Positions 22,773-33,128 are shown, counted from the stretch's first letter. The stretch: DNA of 64,000 nucleotides from Marinagarivorans cellulosilyticus (GCF_021655555.1 NZ_AP023086.1:3046453-3110452), one strand, 5' to 3'. The notes: generated from the letters alone by a model not told the origin. Numbers and translations are program-made.

Positions 22773-23594
22773 ATGCAAAAAACAGAATTGGTAACTCCTT
22801 TTGGCGCCAAAGCAACAATCTACCATCAAGGTGCGCACGTGACATCTTGGGTCCCGAGTGAAGCCTTAGGGGAGCAAATGTTTGTAGCCAAGCAAAGCGA
22901 GTTTTCGACAGGTAAAGCCATTCGTGGTGGCGTGCCTGTTTGCTTTCCTCAATTCGCGGCATTTGGTTCTGGTGTAAAGCATGGTTTTGCGCGCAATATC
23001 GATTGGCAAGTGAAAAGTATTAGCGATGATCAAACCGAAGCCGTTTTTAGCTTGGCCAATAATGAAAAAACACATGAGCTTTGGCCGCATAAATTTGAGC
23101 TCCTACTAACGGTTACGCTTGAGCCAACAAAGTTGGTGATGGCCTTAACCGTCAATAATACTGATGATAAAGCCTTTGAGTTTAGCGGGGCGCTACATAC
23201 TTATTTTGCCGTTTCGCGGTATACCGATGTGCAGGTTAGTGATTTATCCGGTATTACCTACTGGGATAATGGCACCGAGTTAAGCGATAAAAAACGAGCA
23301 GAACAGAGTGTGCTTTCGCTTGATGGTGCGCTAGATCGTGTCTATTTTGATGCGCCTGATGCGCTCGTTTTAGATGACGGAGCATTAAGCAAAAAAATTA
23401 CTAAACGAGGCTTTACCGATGTAGTGGTGTGGAACCCTGGCCCAGAGGGCGCCAAAGGGTTAAAAGATATGGGTGATAATGAATACCACGGTATGCTGTG
23501 TGTGGAAGCGGCTATTGTCGACAAGCCTGTTCAACTTGCTAAAGGTGCAACATGGTCGGGCATACAGGCTATTGAAGTGCTAGTTAAAAACTAA
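22773..23594 (+). CDS. yeaD: D-hexose-6-phosphate mutarotase (YeaD-like aldose 1-epimerase family)
   Basis: YeaD-like architecture (ATIYHQGAHVTSW, GGVPVCFPQF, HGFAR, ALHTYF). The Met at 22773 follows an RBS; the ORF track starts at 22716. Confidence 0.8.
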   Translation: MQKTELVTPFGAKATIYHQGAHVTSWVPSEALGEQMFVAKQSEFSTGKAIRGGVPVCFPQFAAFGSGVKHGFARNIDWQVKSISDDQTEAVFSLANNEKTHELWPHKFELLLTVTLEPTKLVMALTVNNTDDKAFEFSGALHTYFAVSRYTDVQVSDLSGITYWDNGTELSDKKRAEQSVLSLDGALDRVYFDAPDALVLDDGALSKKITKRGFTDVVVWNPGPEGAKGLKDMGDNEYHGMLCVEAAIVDKPVQLAKGATWSGIQAIEVLVKN

Positions 23595-23610
23595 AACATA
23601 TTTTTTGTGA

Positions 23611-23652
23611 ACACCAACAAATGCTCAGTGGTGTTGTTTGTTGGTATTTCGT
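23611..23652 (+). terminator. Probable stem-loop terminator after the yeaD-like gene
   Basis: accaacaaa...tttgttggt inverted repeat followed by T-rich sequence. Confidence 0.35.
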
Positions 23653-24021
23653 TTGGCTTGCGCGCCTAGATTGTTTCAAATCCCACCCTTTTTTGTTGTT
23701 AATTGGCTTATCTTAAACACCGCTTTGCAATTTTTGATCTCGGTGTCATTTTCTCATTAATTGATAAAGCCCCTTTGTTATTGCTTTTTAATGGAGGGAA
23801 TTTTCTTGCTTGCCGAGAACTATTGCACTGGCTCTGTGTCTGACGGCGCTGGTTTGGCGAGTATTAAAGGTTTGTTAGGTTCTTAATGTGGAATAACCGT
23901 ATTGGTTGCTTGGTGTCGTCACTAGCTGGCAATATTCGTTAGATAATACTACCCAATATTCTATAAGCCGTTATGTGAGTGTATTGCGCGGCTTATCCTT
24001 CAAAATAGAGCAAGGATTTTT

Positions 24022-24534
24022 ATGTTAAAGCTTAGGCTTAATGGCCAATCGGTTGCGTTAGATGCTGACCCTAACATGCCTCTTTTATATGCAATTCGCG
24101 ATATACAACAGCTTACCGGTACTAAGTTTGGTTGTGGTGCTGGTCAGTGTGGAGCGTGTACGGTTCACATTGATGGCGAGCCAGTGCGTTCGTGCATTAC
24201 GCCCTTATCGGTCGCGGCAGGAAAAAGCATTACAACAATTGAAGGGCTTGCCCACGGGGCAGAGCTTCACCCTGTGCAGCAGGCGTGGTTAGATCATAAC
24301 GTCCCGCAGTGTGGTTATTGCCAAGCTGGCCAAATGATGAGTGCCGCGGCTTTATTGGCCCAAAACCCCAGCCCAAGTGACGATGAAATTAATAATCATA
24401 TGCAGGGCAATATTTGCCGCTGCGGCACTTATCCGCGCATTAAAAAGGCAATAAAGCAAGCTGGCGTTAGAATTCAAGAAGTGAAGCGTTCGGCTGTGAA
24501 TGTGCAAGCTACAGAGCAAGGAGCGCAATCATGA
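24022..24534 (+). CDS. (2Fe-2S)-binding small subunit of a molybdenum hydroxylase (IorA / aldehyde oxidoreductase alpha-like)
   Basis: Two Cys clusters [11 protein letters not shown] and [10 protein letters not shown]...CRCGTY typical of XDH-family 2Fe-2S subunits. Confidence 0.9.
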   Translation: MLKLRLNGQSVALDADPNMPLLYAIRDIQQLTGTKFGCGAGQCGACTVHIDGEPVRSCITPLSVAAGKSITTIEGLAHGAELHPVQQAWLDHNVPQCGYCQAGQMMSAAALLAQNPSPSDDEINNHMQGNICRCGTYPRIKKAIKQAGVRIQEVKRSAVNVQATEQGAQS

Positions 24535-26780
24535 TTGCTAAAATTACGCGGCGCAGTATTTTAAAAACAGTCGGCCTGCAAGGGCCGGGTTTAATATTGA
24601 TGGCCCCAATGCTGGGTCAGGCAGACACAGGCGATAAAGCATCAGCAGATTTTGCTTTAGGTGTATTTATTAGCATTGCAAAAACAGGTGATGTCACGAT
24701 TGTTAATCATCGCGCGGAAATGGGGCAGGGCATTTTAACCAGTGTGCCGCAAATTATTGCCGATGAATTGGGCGCCGACTGGCTGCGTGTATCTGTAGTG
24801 CAAGCCCAGGGGGATGCAAAATACGGTAATCAATCGACAGGTGGTTCGGCCTCTATTCGAAACCATTTTCCATATCTTCGCCAAATGGGAGCTGTTGCGC
24901 GCGACATGCTTGAGCAAACGGCAGCGGATATTTGGCAGGTTCAAAAGAAAGATGTAAAAGCACAGAGCCATCAAGTTATTAACCTTAAATCCAAAAAAGC
25001 TCTGGCTTTTGGCGATTTGGCCGAGCAAGCGGCTAAATTACCGGTGCCAGATATTGAATCGGTTAAGTTAAAAGATACGGCTGAATTTTCTTTAATCGGG
25101 CGCGATGTTCGGTTGGCTGGTCAAGAAGACATTGTCCGTGGCAAAACGGTATACGCACAAGATGTTCGGCTACCTAATATGCTGATTGCCAGTATCGAAC
25201 GCCCCCCTGTTGTGGGTGGCCGAGTTAAAAGCGTGAACACTGCAGCGGCCAAAAAGGTGGCCGGTGTGGTTGATGTTATTCAATTAAAAGACCGTAGCTT
25301 GCCGACCAATGTTAAGCCTGTTTCTGGCGTTGCGGTGTTGGCCACCAATACTTGGGCGGCTCATGAAGGGCGAAAAAAATTAGATATCCAATGGGATACC
25401 AGTGATAAGCGCGTTGCTCTCAATGCAAAGCATAATTCAGCTGAATACTTGGCCGAGCTGGTTTCTGCGGTGAATACCCAAGGTGATAAAGTTCGCAAAG
25501 AAGGCGATGTTTATCAGCATTCTTATAACCCCAGTAAAACAGTCGAGGCCACTTACACCGTGCCTTACCATCACCATATGTCGATGGAGCCCCCAGCGGC
25601 CACGGCAGTTGTTAGTGCTGATGAGTGCACAGTATGGACGGGCACACAAGCGCCGCAGTGGGCCAAAGGGTTAATCGCTGAAGAGTTGGGGATTGATGCC
25701 GCTAAAGTGACGGTGAATATGGCTTCGATGGGCGGGGCTTTTGGGCGTAAAGGTAAAAATGATTTTACCTTGGAAGCTGTTGAGTTAGCGAAGGCGGCAG
25801 GCCGGCCGGTAAAAGTGGTATGGACGCGAGAAGATGATGTTAAACATGGCTTTTACCATTCAATATCGGCTAATTATTGTAAGGCAGAAGTCAACGCTAA
25901 AGGAAGTGCCGATTACTGGCTGCAACGCGTTGCTTACCCACCAATTGGCGCGACCTTTAATCTAGAGGCGAAGCGCCCCAGTTTTGGCCAGTTATCGCTA
26001 GGGTTTGCTGATATTCCTTTTGAGCTTGAGCATTTATCCTGTGAAGTTCACGATGTGGAAACGCATGTGCGCATTGGTTGGTTTCGCTCGGTGGCGAATA
26101 TCAATAATGCTTTTGCATTGGGGTGTTTTGTAGACGAGTTGGCGGCTAAGGCGGGTATTTCAACCCATAAAATGTGGCTGAACTTGTTGGGTAAAGATCG
26201 CATCGTAGACCCTGCAAAAGAAGGTTTTGATGAATGGGATAATTACGGCCAAAAAACGCAGCTTCACGCGTTAGATACACGGCGCATGAAAGCAATTTTA
26301 AATCGCGTGGTTCAGGAATCTGGCGCAGATAAAAAAGTGAAAAAAAATGAAGGTTGGGGCATTAGTTATGCGCACAGTTTTAATTCCTATGTGGCCGCGG
26401 CCACTAAGGTGCGCGTAGACGGCGATAAACTAACGGTGCTAGAAATGCATACCGCTATTGATTGCGGGATAGCTGTGACCCCTGATCGTATTGTTTCGCA
26501 AATGGAAGGCGCGATGATTATGGGCTTGAGTACAGCACTGCTCAGTGAAATTACGGTAAACGATGGCGTTATCGAGCAAAATAATTTTTATGATTATATG
26601 TCGACGCGTATTAACCAGTGCCCGCCGTTGTTTGTTTATATTGCAAAATCCCAAGAGGCGCCTGGAGGCGTTGGCGAGCCAGGGTTGCCTCCGGTTATAC
26701 CAAGCATTGTCAATGCCATTTATCATGCCTCGGGTCGCCGTATCCGAGACTTGCCGGTGAATAAAGTGTTAACGGTGTAG
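24531..26780 (+). CDS. Molybdopterin-binding large subunit of an aldehyde/isoquinoline oxidoreductase-type molybdenum hydroxylase, with a Tat signal
   Basis: Twin-arginine motif [15 protein letters not shown]. At 749 aa it belongs to the xanthine dehydrogenase family 'b' subunit and overlaps the small-subunit stop (ATGA). Confidence 0.9.
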   Translation: MIAKITRRSILKTVGLQGPGLILMAPMLGQADTGDKASADFALGVFISIAKTGDVTIVNHRAEMGQGILTSVPQIIADELGADWLRVSVVQAQGDAKYGNQSTGGSASIRNHFPYLRQMGAVARDMLEQTAADIWQVQKKDVKAQSHQVINLKSKKALAFGDLAEQAAKLPVPDIESVKLKDTAEFSLIGRDVRLAGQEDIVRGKTVYAQDVRLPNMLIASIERPPVVGGRVKSVNTAAAKKVAGVVDVIQLKDRSLPTNVKPVSGVAVLATNTWAAHEGRKKLDIQWDTSDKRVALNAKHNSAEYLAELVSAVNTQGDKVRKEGDVYQHSYNPSKTVEATYTVPYHHHMSMEPPAATAVVSADECTVWTGTQAPQWAKGLIAEELGIDAAKVTVNMASMGGAFGRKGKNDFTLEAVELAKAAGRPVKVVWTREDDVKHGFYHSISANYCKAEVNAKGSADYWLQRVAYPPIGATFNLEAKRPSFGQLSLGFADIPFELEHLSCEVHDVETHVRIGWFRSVANINNAFALGCFVDELAAKAGISTHKMWLNLLGKDRIVDPAKEGFDEWDNYGQKTQLHALDTRRMKAILNRVVQESGADKKVKKNEGWGISYAHSFNSYVAAATKVRVDGDKLTVLEMHTAIDCGIAVTPDRIVSQMEGAMIMGLSTALLSEITVNDGVIEQNNFYDYMSTRINQCPPLFVYIAKSQEAPGGVGEPGLPPVIPSIVNAIYHASGRRIRDLPVNKVLTV

Positions 26781-26784
26781 TTGG

Positions 26785-27789
26785 GTGGCGAGCTCGTCAG
26801 CGCAGCAGTTAATCGCTGCCATTTTATCTGCACTAAAAGATACAAGTGCGCCTAAAGCGTGGTTAGTAACGGTTATCGAAACATGGGGTAGCTCGCCTAG
26901 GCCTGCAGGTTCGATGATGTTTTGGTCCGGTTTGACGGGGGTGGTGGGCTCTATTTCTGGCGGCTGCATTGAAGAGGATGTCCTGCAAAAAATTCGCGCT
27001 GATGAATTGCCAAGCGATAGACCCAGCCAGCTCAGTTACGGTGGCAAAGGCGACCAGCGTTTTAAGTTGCCTTGTGGTGGAAAATTAACGGTTTTAGTTG
27101 AGCCATTAAGTGGCGGGGAAGAAGCTATTACCGCTTGGGAGGCGTGTTTGCGAGCGCTAAACAGTCGCCAAGGTATAGCGCGCTTTGTGGATGTCACGCA
27201 TGGTCATTGGCGCTGGCAAGGCTCAGCCTCTTTCGATTTGCATTACGAAAATAATGTCGTGAGTTACTTTGCTGGTCCTGCGCGCAAATTACTCATTGTA
27301 GGGGCAAACCCTACGGCATATCACTTGGCTGAATTTGCGAGCGCGTTAGATTTTGCCGTGACAGTATGCGACCCATCTAGTGATGTTGGTCAGTATTGGT
27401 TTGAGGCCAATTTTTGCGCGTTTAAGCCGGCTTACCCAGATGGTTTCGTTGCTCAAGATTTTGGCGATGCGCAGTCAGCGGTTGTGACGGTGTCCCATGA
27501 TCCGCGCATTGATGATATGGCATTGTTAGAGGCGCTGCCGAGCAAGGCGTTTTATGTCGGGGCCATGGGCTCGCTCGCAACATCGCACAAACGTTTGCAA
27601 AGGTTACAAAGTTTAGGCCTTAGTGTGCAAAGTTTACAGCGTTTACATGCCCCCATTGGCATTGATATTGGCAGCAAAACGCCTAGCGAAATAGCGATGA
27701 GCATCGCCGCGCACTTGGTGCAATGTTATTCGGCGCAGCGTGTATCCGCTATGGCGGCTTCCAAGGTCGCACCGGGTGTTGCTCTATGA
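26785..27789 (+). CDS. XdhC/CoxI family molybdenum-cofactor insertion chaperone
   Basis: 334-aa ORF with a GTG start directly after the large subunit. Two-domain XdhC-like layout with a Rossmann-like C-half (LLIVGANPTAYHLAEFA). Confidence 0.75.
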   Translation: MASSSAQQLIAAILSALKDTSAPKAWLVTVIETWGSSPRPAGSMMFWSGLTGVVGSISGGCIEEDVLQKIRADELPSDRPSQLSYGGKGDQRFKLPCGGKLTVLVEPLSGGEEAITAWEACLRALNSRQGIARFVDVTHGHWRWQGSASFDLHYENNVVSYFAGPARKLLIVGANPTAYHLAEFASALDFAVTVCDPSSDVGQYWFEANFCAFKPAYPDGFVAQDFGDAQSAVVTVSHDPRIDDMALLEALPSKAFYVGAMGSLATSHKRLQRLQSLGLSVQSLQRLHAPIGIDIGSKTPSEIAMSIAAHLVQCYSAQRVSAMAASKVAPGVAL

Positions 27790-28373
27790 GCGCAATAGCG
27801 CCCATAGGCTTCTTGGTGCTAGCTGCAGGTCATGCACGCCGATTTGGCCGCTGTAAGCTTACGGCAAGGCTTACGCCGGTGCAGACGGTGCTCGGTCAGG
27901 TATTAGATCATATCGCACCGGTAGGGGCGCCGGTTTGTGTCGTAACATCTGAAGCCAAGCTTGGAGTGTTAGCGCTTGCCGAGCGCAAGCGGGTTGGCGT
28001 TATCAAAATGCCGATCGACTCCTCAGGGCTTGGTGAGTCCATCGCTTATGGCGTTGCAGCAACACAGCATTGGGCGGGGTGGATTGTCTGTTTGGGGGAT
28101 ATGCCTTGGATTGATACAAGCCTTTACCAGCGAGTGTGGCAACTATCGTGTATTGGCACTGCAAAGCAAGTTGCGCCCATTATTGGTGAGAGGCGCGGAC
28201 ACCCTGTTTTTTTTGATAAGACATACGTGCATGCATTACGCGGGCTAACGGGTGATAGCGGAGCGGCCAGTCTTATTGATGATCGAGCACTGATGACGTT
28301 TAAAGCCGGTGATCAAGCGGCTTTGAGAGATGTCGATACACCTGCTGATCTCAGGTGTATCGATAAGCCTTAG
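27786..28373 (+). CDS. MobA-like NTP transferase (MocA-type molybdenum cofactor cytidylyltransferase)
   Basis: N-terminus MSAIAPIGFLVLAAGHARRFG (LAAGxxxRxG). Its ATG overlaps the XdhC stop (ATGA). Confidence 0.75.
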   Translation: MSAIAPIGFLVLAAGHARRFGRCKLTARLTPVQTVLGQVLDHIAPVGAPVCVVTSEAKLGVLALAERKRVGVIKMPIDSSGLGESIAYGVAATQHWAGWIVCLGDMPWIDTSLYQRVWQLSCIGTAKQVAPIIGERRGHPVFFDKTYVHALRGLTGDSGAASLIDDRALMTFKAGDQAALRDVDTPADLRCIDKP

Positions 28374-28376
28374 GCA

Positions 28377-29114
28377 CTAGCTGACTTTGTGTTGCGCTTG
28401 TTGCTCTAGTGCGAATATGGCTGAACGATTCGGTTGGAGCGGATCGTAAGGTGGGCTGTTTTTTATTTCCTCTTTTGTCATGCCGAGCATAATCTCTTGA
28501 TCTGCCCATTCCACGCTGGTGAAGTGGTCGGGGGCCAGTAAAACGTGTTCGCCACCGGGTAGCCAATTTCGGGTATTGGCGGCAATAAAGGCGATGGCCC
28601 AGTGCTCGGTACTCAATAAAAAGTCTTCGATGTGGCCAAAACTGCGGTCTTTGGCGTGCAGCTTGTAGCCTAACACTTCGTTAATTGAGCGTAGATGGTA
28701 ATCAACGTTTTCACCGTCTGAAATGCCGGTATTCATGGGCTCTCGCAGTGTCATGGGGTTTGCTGTTGCTCCCCACATGCCTCCATACATCCAGTAAAAA
28801 CCATAACCATAGTATTGAAAGAATGTTTTCTCGTAATGCTTGGAGATTGGCGCGTGCTCATCAAGTGACGGCGCATTCAAAAGCTGGTCCTTGCTAATGT
28901 TGAGTTGTAAAACTTGGTTGTCAGCATCGACAGTATCGATGGAGATAGGGCTGATTAGTAATTTTTTGCCGCCAGGAAGCCAGTTATGCGTGTCGATCAC
29001 TAGGTACCTAGCTGTCCAGTGCAGGTCATCAAACAGTATGTCGTTTACCTTAAAGCGACTTCCGTCGCTGGTGATGGCGGACAGTGCTTTGAGGTCTTTA
29101 TATGGGTAAAACAT
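28377..29114 (-). CDS. Protein with two PRC-barrel-like repeats
   Basis: Internal duplication: ARYLVIDTHNWLPGGKKLLISPISI vs AIAFIAANTRNWLPGGEHVLLAPDHF. Confidence 0.5.
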   Translation of the reverse strand: MFYPYKDLKALSAITSDGSRFKVNDILFDDLHWTARYLVIDTHNWLPGGKKLLISPISIDTVDADNQVLQLNISKDQLLNAPSLDEHAPISKHYEKTFFQYYGYGFYWMYGGMWGATANPMTLREPMNTGISDGENVDYHLRSINEVLGYKLHAKDRSFGHIEDFLLSTEHWAIAFIAANTRNWLPGGEHVLLAPDHFTSVEWADQEIMLGMTKEEIKNSPPYDPLQPNRSAIFALEQQAQHKVS

Positions 29115-29424
29115 ATGAGTCTCCTTTGATTAGCGTGCTCTGTTGGCCTTGATGGATGGTCGGTTAACTATTGATCAAGGCCGCTAGTTGCTTGCGTAAA
29201 AGCAAGTCTTACCCGTAGGTAGCAGGGATTGTGCCGGTTTCGGATATTAGCTAAGCGGTAAGACAAATAATCTTACATGAAAGATGTTGACTCATTACAT
29301 GTAATAATAGTAATCTAGCTTTGCGGTTGTGGTGAGGCTTGTTATTCACAAAGGATTGCGAGAGGATGCAAAGCGCTTATCGGCAGGGTGCCGGCAGTGG
29401 GTACAAATGGATGTATTGCTAAGG

Positions 29425-29464
29425 ATTGGTGTTTGGATTTAGCGTGATATAAATAGCCTATAAT
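29425..29464 (+). promoter_or_regulatory. Candidate sigma70 promoter for the PspA-flotillin operon: an extended -10 TGaTATAAA at 29445-29453 and an alternative TATAAT at 29459-29464
   Basis: Sequence only, about 60-70 nt upstream of the ATG at 29520. Confidence 0.3.
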
Positions 29465-29519
29465 TGGCTACCTTACCCAATCGCAAACTTATTAACTCTT
29501 TATCTTTAGGTGACAACAA

Positions 29520-30209
29520 ATGAATATTTGGTCAAAATTGGTAACAGCGTTACGCGGTGGCGTTAATGAAGCTGGCGAGGCGATTGTGGATAGCCAGGCG
29601 CTGCGTATATTGGAACAGGAAATTCGTGACGCTTCGGTTGAGTTACAACAATCGAAAGACAGTTTGGCTTCTATTATGGCGCGCCAAAAGGTAAGTGAAG
29701 AAAAATGTAATCAATTACGTGAAAAAGTTGCAGAGCATGAAAGCTATGCACTTAAAGCGCTAGAGCAAGACAATGAAAGCCTAGCGGCTGAAGTTGCGCA
29801 AAAAATCGCTGAGATTGAAAACCGGCTGGCTAACGAAAGTGCATCATGTGAAAGCTATGCCAGCAGTGCTTCGGATTTACGCCAAGCCATTCAAAAAGCC
29901 GACGATGATTTGGCGCAACTTAAGCACGAAGTAGATACGGTTAAAGCGACCGAAAGCGTTCAAAAAGCACAGGCTGCTGTATCGGCTAAGCATAGTGGGA
30001 CTAACGCCAAGCTATTAACGGCAGCGGAGTCGCTAGAGCGAATTAAAGAAAAGCAAGCTTTGAAGTCAGCTCAAATGAAAGTCGCTGCCGAGTTAGCGCG
30101 AGATACATCGGGTGATGGGCTTGAAGCGAAGCTTAAGGATGCAGGTATAACGCCGGCAGGCAATAGCGCACAGAGCGTGCTTGCTAGGCTGAAAAACAAA
30201 CAACAATAA
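29520..30209 (+). CDS. pspA: PspA/IM30 (Vipp1/ESCRT-III-like) family protein
   Basis: N-terminus MNIWSKLVTALRGGVNEAGEAIVDSQALRILEQEIRD and an all-helical coiled-coil pattern typical of PspA. There is no pspBC/pspF nearby. Confidence 0.85.
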   Translation: MNIWSKLVTALRGGVNEAGEAIVDSQALRILEQEIRDASVELQQSKDSLASIMARQKVSEEKCNQLREKVAEHESYALKALEQDNESLAAEVAQKIAEIENRLANESASCESYASSASDLRQAIQKADDDLAQLKHEVDTVKATESVQKAQAAVSAKHSGTNAKLLTAAESLERIKEKQALKSAQMKVAAELARDTSGDGLEAKLKDAGITPAGNSAQSVLARLKNKQQ

Positions 30210-30250
30210 AGCCCTTGTAATAAAGGGCGTGTACAAGGAGTCTCGTTATT

Positions 30251-30931
30251 ATGTTTGCCATCTTATTTAGCGAAGGCATGACGCCCTTTTATCAAAATGT
30301 CAGTAGCTTTCCGACTGTCTTTTTTAGTTTTTTTCTTATCGTATCTTGTCTTTTTTGGGCGATATCAATCATGGGAATGATTGATATCGAAATCCTCGAT
30401 CTGCCCGAAGCAGAAACCGGCGGCGAAGAGGGTATGGTAAACGGTGTTTCCACCGTGCTGCTTAAGCTGGGTTTAAATGGCGTCCCTATCACTATTATTA
30501 TTACGCTAATAGCCTTGTTCGGCTGGTTTGTTAGTTTTTATAGCGTCTATTTTTTTCAGATATCTGATTTGATGGCGCCTATCCGTTGGGTCGCTAACGT
30601 CGCTATTTTTGCTGCATCGCTTTACGTTGCCATTCTCATAACGTCTCAGGTGATTAAGCCGTTGCGCTCGTTATTTAAAAGTATGTCTAATGATATACAA
30701 AAGAAAATCCTAGGGCAGGCCGCCGTTGTGCGTACTTCGCGGGTGGACGAAAAGTTTGGCGAAGCAGAATTTAATGATGGTGGTGCAGGCCTAATTCTTA
30801 AAGTCCGATCTTTTGATGGTGCGGTGTTTAAGCGTAACGATCGTGTTATTTTGCTTGAATACGTTGCCGAGCAAAATTTTTATAAAGTTATTGCAGAATC
30901 CGAATTCTCGCTTGGCGGAGCTGCTCAGTAA
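30251..30931 (+). CDS. yqiJ: YqiJ/DUF1449-like inner-membrane protein with a C-terminal NfeD-type OB fold (flotillin partner)
   Basis: Three to four N-terminal TM helices, then a C-terminal OB-like segment GQAAVVRTSRVDEKFGEAEFNDGGAGLILKVRSFDGAVFKRNDRVILLEY. It lies immediately upstream of the flotillin gene, as in E. coli yqiJK. Confidence 0.75.
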   Translation: MFAILFSEGMTPFYQNVSSFPTVFFSFFLIVSCLFWAISIMGMIDIEILDLPEAETGGEEGMVNGVSTVLLKLGLNGVPITIIITLIALFGWFVSFYSVYFFQISDLMAPIRWVANVAIFAASLYVAILITSQVIKPLRSLFKSMSNDIQKKILGQAAVVRTSRVDEKFGEAEFNDGGAGLILKVRSFDGAVFKRNDRVILLEYVAEQNFYKVIAESEFSLGGAAQ

Positions 30932-30989
30932 TTTATTTCCAATAAATATTTAATGTGTTTTAAAGCCAATTCTACAATGGAGAACTAAT

Positions 30990-33011
30990 ATGGCTGATTT
31001 TTCTGGTATGGGAGGGCTCCTCGTTGGGGCTGTTGTTGTCTTTTTCATTATCATGGGGCTTATCTCGCTTATTAAGCTTTATGTGAAGGTCGAGCAGGGG
31101 ACGGCGTTAATAGTCAACGGCCTTGGGGCGGTGCCTCGAGTGCATTTTACCGGAGCCATTGTTTATCCGTTGATCTACAAAAAGGAATTGATGCGTATAT
31201 CGCTGATTACCTTAGAAGTCGATCGCCGAGGCAAAGAAGGGTTGATTTGTCGCGATAATATGCGCGCCGATATCACAGTTGCTTTTTACCTGCGCGTTAA
31301 CGAAACCGAGCAAGATGTTCTTAAGGTTGCAAAATCTCTTGGCTCTGCGCGCGCTAGTGATAAGGCGGCGGTGAATGAACTTTTTAATGCAAAATTTTCG
31401 GAGGCGCTAAAAACGGTTGGTAAGCAGCTTGATTTCGTTAAGTTGTTTGAAGACAGGCAGGAGTTTCGAGACAAAATTGTTGAGGTAATCGGCAATGACC
31501 TCAATGGTTATGTACTAGAAGATGTTGCAATTGACTACCTTGAACAAACGCCCAAAGTATCGCTAGACCCGAATAATATTCTGGATGCCGAAGGTATTCG
31601 TAAAATTACCGAACTTACCGCAAGCCAAAATGTATTTACCAACAATCTTGAGCGCGATGAAGAGTTGGCGATCAAGAAAAAGAACGTTGAGACCACAGAG
31701 GCAATGTTGGAGCTCCAACGTCAACAAGCCGATGCCGAGGCGCGTCAAGAACGCGAAATAGCGACCTTAAAAGCTCGAGAGGAAGCAGAAACTAAAAAGG
31801 TACAAGAAGAAGAGCGCCGCCGTGCCGACTCGACCACTATTCAAGTGGAGCAAGATCTTCAAGTGCAAACTGAAAACCAGCGCCGAGAAATAGAAGTGGC
31901 GGAGCAAAATCGCTTGCGTGCAGTGGCTATTGAAGAAGAAAAAGTGACGCGCGCACGTGCTTTGGAAGTTGTTTCCCGTGAGCGCGAAGTTGAAATACAA
32001 AAAATTGAAGCTGAGAAGGCCATTGAAGTTGAGCGTAAAGAAATTGCTAATGTGATTCGTGAGCGTGTTGCTGTCGATAAAACGGTAGCTATTGAAGAAG
32101 AGCGCATTAATGAGGTGCGTGAAGTTTCGGAGGCGGATCGCCTTAAGCAAGTTAAAGTGTTGGCTGCTGAAGCTGATGCGGAAGAAGATAAAGTCAAGCA
32201 AGTAAAAGCGGCTGAAGCTGAAGAAATATCAGCTAAGCACAAGGCTATAGAAGTGACGACAATGGCAGAGGCCGAGTTGGAAGCCGCTTCTAAACAGGCA
32301 GAGGCGAAAAAGAAAATGGCTGAAGCTTTACGTGTCGAACGCGCGGCGCCAGGGCTTGCTGAGGCAAGTGTGCAGGCAGCTAAAGCGGAATCTTTGGAAA
32401 AAGAAGGTCTTGCGCAAGCATCTGTTATTAGAGCAAAAGGTGATTCAGAGGCGATAGTTATTCAGTCTAAAGGTGACGCCCAAGCCAGTGCTCTATTGCA
32501 ATCTGGTAAAGCAGAAGCTGAAGTTATTTCTGCGAAAGGTGAGTCAACAGCAACATCTGATCGTGAAATTGGTTTAGCGGGCGCTAATGTTACCCGTGAA
32601 CAATTCCGTGCAGAGGCTGATGGTTTAGTCGAGAAATTCGATGCCATGAGTAAGATGAGTGCCGATGCGCGTTCGCACGAAGAGTTCCGCATGACGTTAG
32701 AAACGGCCTTGAAAGAGGCCTTAGCGTCAATTGATGCAGGCAAAGAAATCGCGAAAGAAAATGCCGAAGTATTGGCCACAGCCCTGCAAAATGCCAAGAT
32801 TGATATTGTTGGTGGCGAAGATCACCTGTTTAACAACTTCGGTAAAGCATTATCTATGGGGAAAGCCATCGATGGCTTGGCCGGTAAAAGTGACACCATT
32901 GCGGGTTTGTTAGAACGATTTGCGGGCATTAAGCTGCCAATACCGACCCATGGTCAAGGCAGTGCGCCAAATGCTCCAGTCGCTAAAGCGGATGACGCTG
33001 AAACTGTTTAA
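30990..33011 (+). CDS. yqiK: Flotillin family SPFH/band-7 protein (YqiK-like) with a long EA-rich coiled-coil and an 11-residue repeat tail
   Basis: N-terminal TM plus SPFH core (VEQGTALIVNGLGAVPRV...ITLEVDRRGKEGLICRDNMRADITVAFYLRV), then E/A/K/R-rich helices. Confidence 0.9.
   Translation: MADFSGMGGLLVGAVVVFFIIMGLISLIKLYVKVEQGTALIVNGLGAVPRVHFTGAIVYPLIYKKELMRISLITLEVDRRGKEGLICRDNMRADITVAFYLRVNETEQDVLKVAKSLGSARASDKAAVNELFNAKFSEALKTVGKQLDFVKLFEDRQEFRDKIVEVIGNDLNGYVLEDVAIDYLEQTPKVSLDPNNILDAEGIRKITELTASQNVFTNNLERDEELAIKKKNVETTEAMLELQRQQADAEARQEREIATLKAREEAETKKVQEEERRRADSTTIQVEQDLQVQTENQRREIEVAEQNRLRAVAIEEEKVTRARALEVVSREREVEIQKIEAEKAIEVERKEIANVIRERVAVDKTVAIEEERINEVREVSEADRLKQVKVLAAEADAEEDKVKQVKAAEAEEISAKHKAIEVTTMAEAELEAASKQAEAKKKMAEALRVERAAPGLAEASVQAAKAESLEKEGLAQASVIRAKGDSEAIVIQSKGDAQASALLQSGKAEAEVISAKGESTATSDREIGLAGANVTREQFRAEADGLVEKFDAMSKMSADARSHEEFRMTLETALKEALASIDAGKEIAKENAEVLATALQNAKIDIVGGEDHLFNNFGKALSMGKAIDGLAGKSDTIAGLLERFAGIKLPIPTHGQGSAPNAPVAKADDAETV
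32418..32549 (+). repeat. Four tandem imperfect 33-bp repeats encoding an 11-residue periodic motif (ASVIRAKGDSE / AIVIQSKGDAQ / ASALLQSGKAE / AEVISAKGEST) inside the flotillin gene
   Basis: Direct reading of consecutive 33-nt units: 32418-32450, 32451-32483, 32484-32516, 32517-32549. Confidence 0.55.
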
Positions 33012-33024
33012 TACTTGTCATATC

Positions 33025-33054
33025 AAGGGCGGGCGCTATTTTTGCGCTTGCCCT
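33025..33054 (+). promoter_or_regulatory. Intra-operon GC-rich stem-loop (AGGGCGGGCGC-tattttt-GCGCTTGCCCT) between the flotillin and giant ATPase genes. Possible attenuator or partial terminator.
   Basis: Imperfect hairpin of about 11 bp in the 117-bp spacer. It is followed by a ctgaaaatttt region rather than a clean U-run. Confidence 0.3.
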
Positions 33055-33128
33055 CCTGTCTGAAAATTTTAGTTCGTTATATATAGCCTGAATTAGGTTT
33101 TTTTGTCTGTTAGAAAAAGGAATGCGCC

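Noticed and set aside
31286-32797. Multiple minus-strand ORFs (31286-31504, 31767-32242, 32462-32797) inside the flotillin gene
   Set aside because: They are antisense to the flotillin coiled-coil region. EA-rich repeats generate long stop-free reverse frames.
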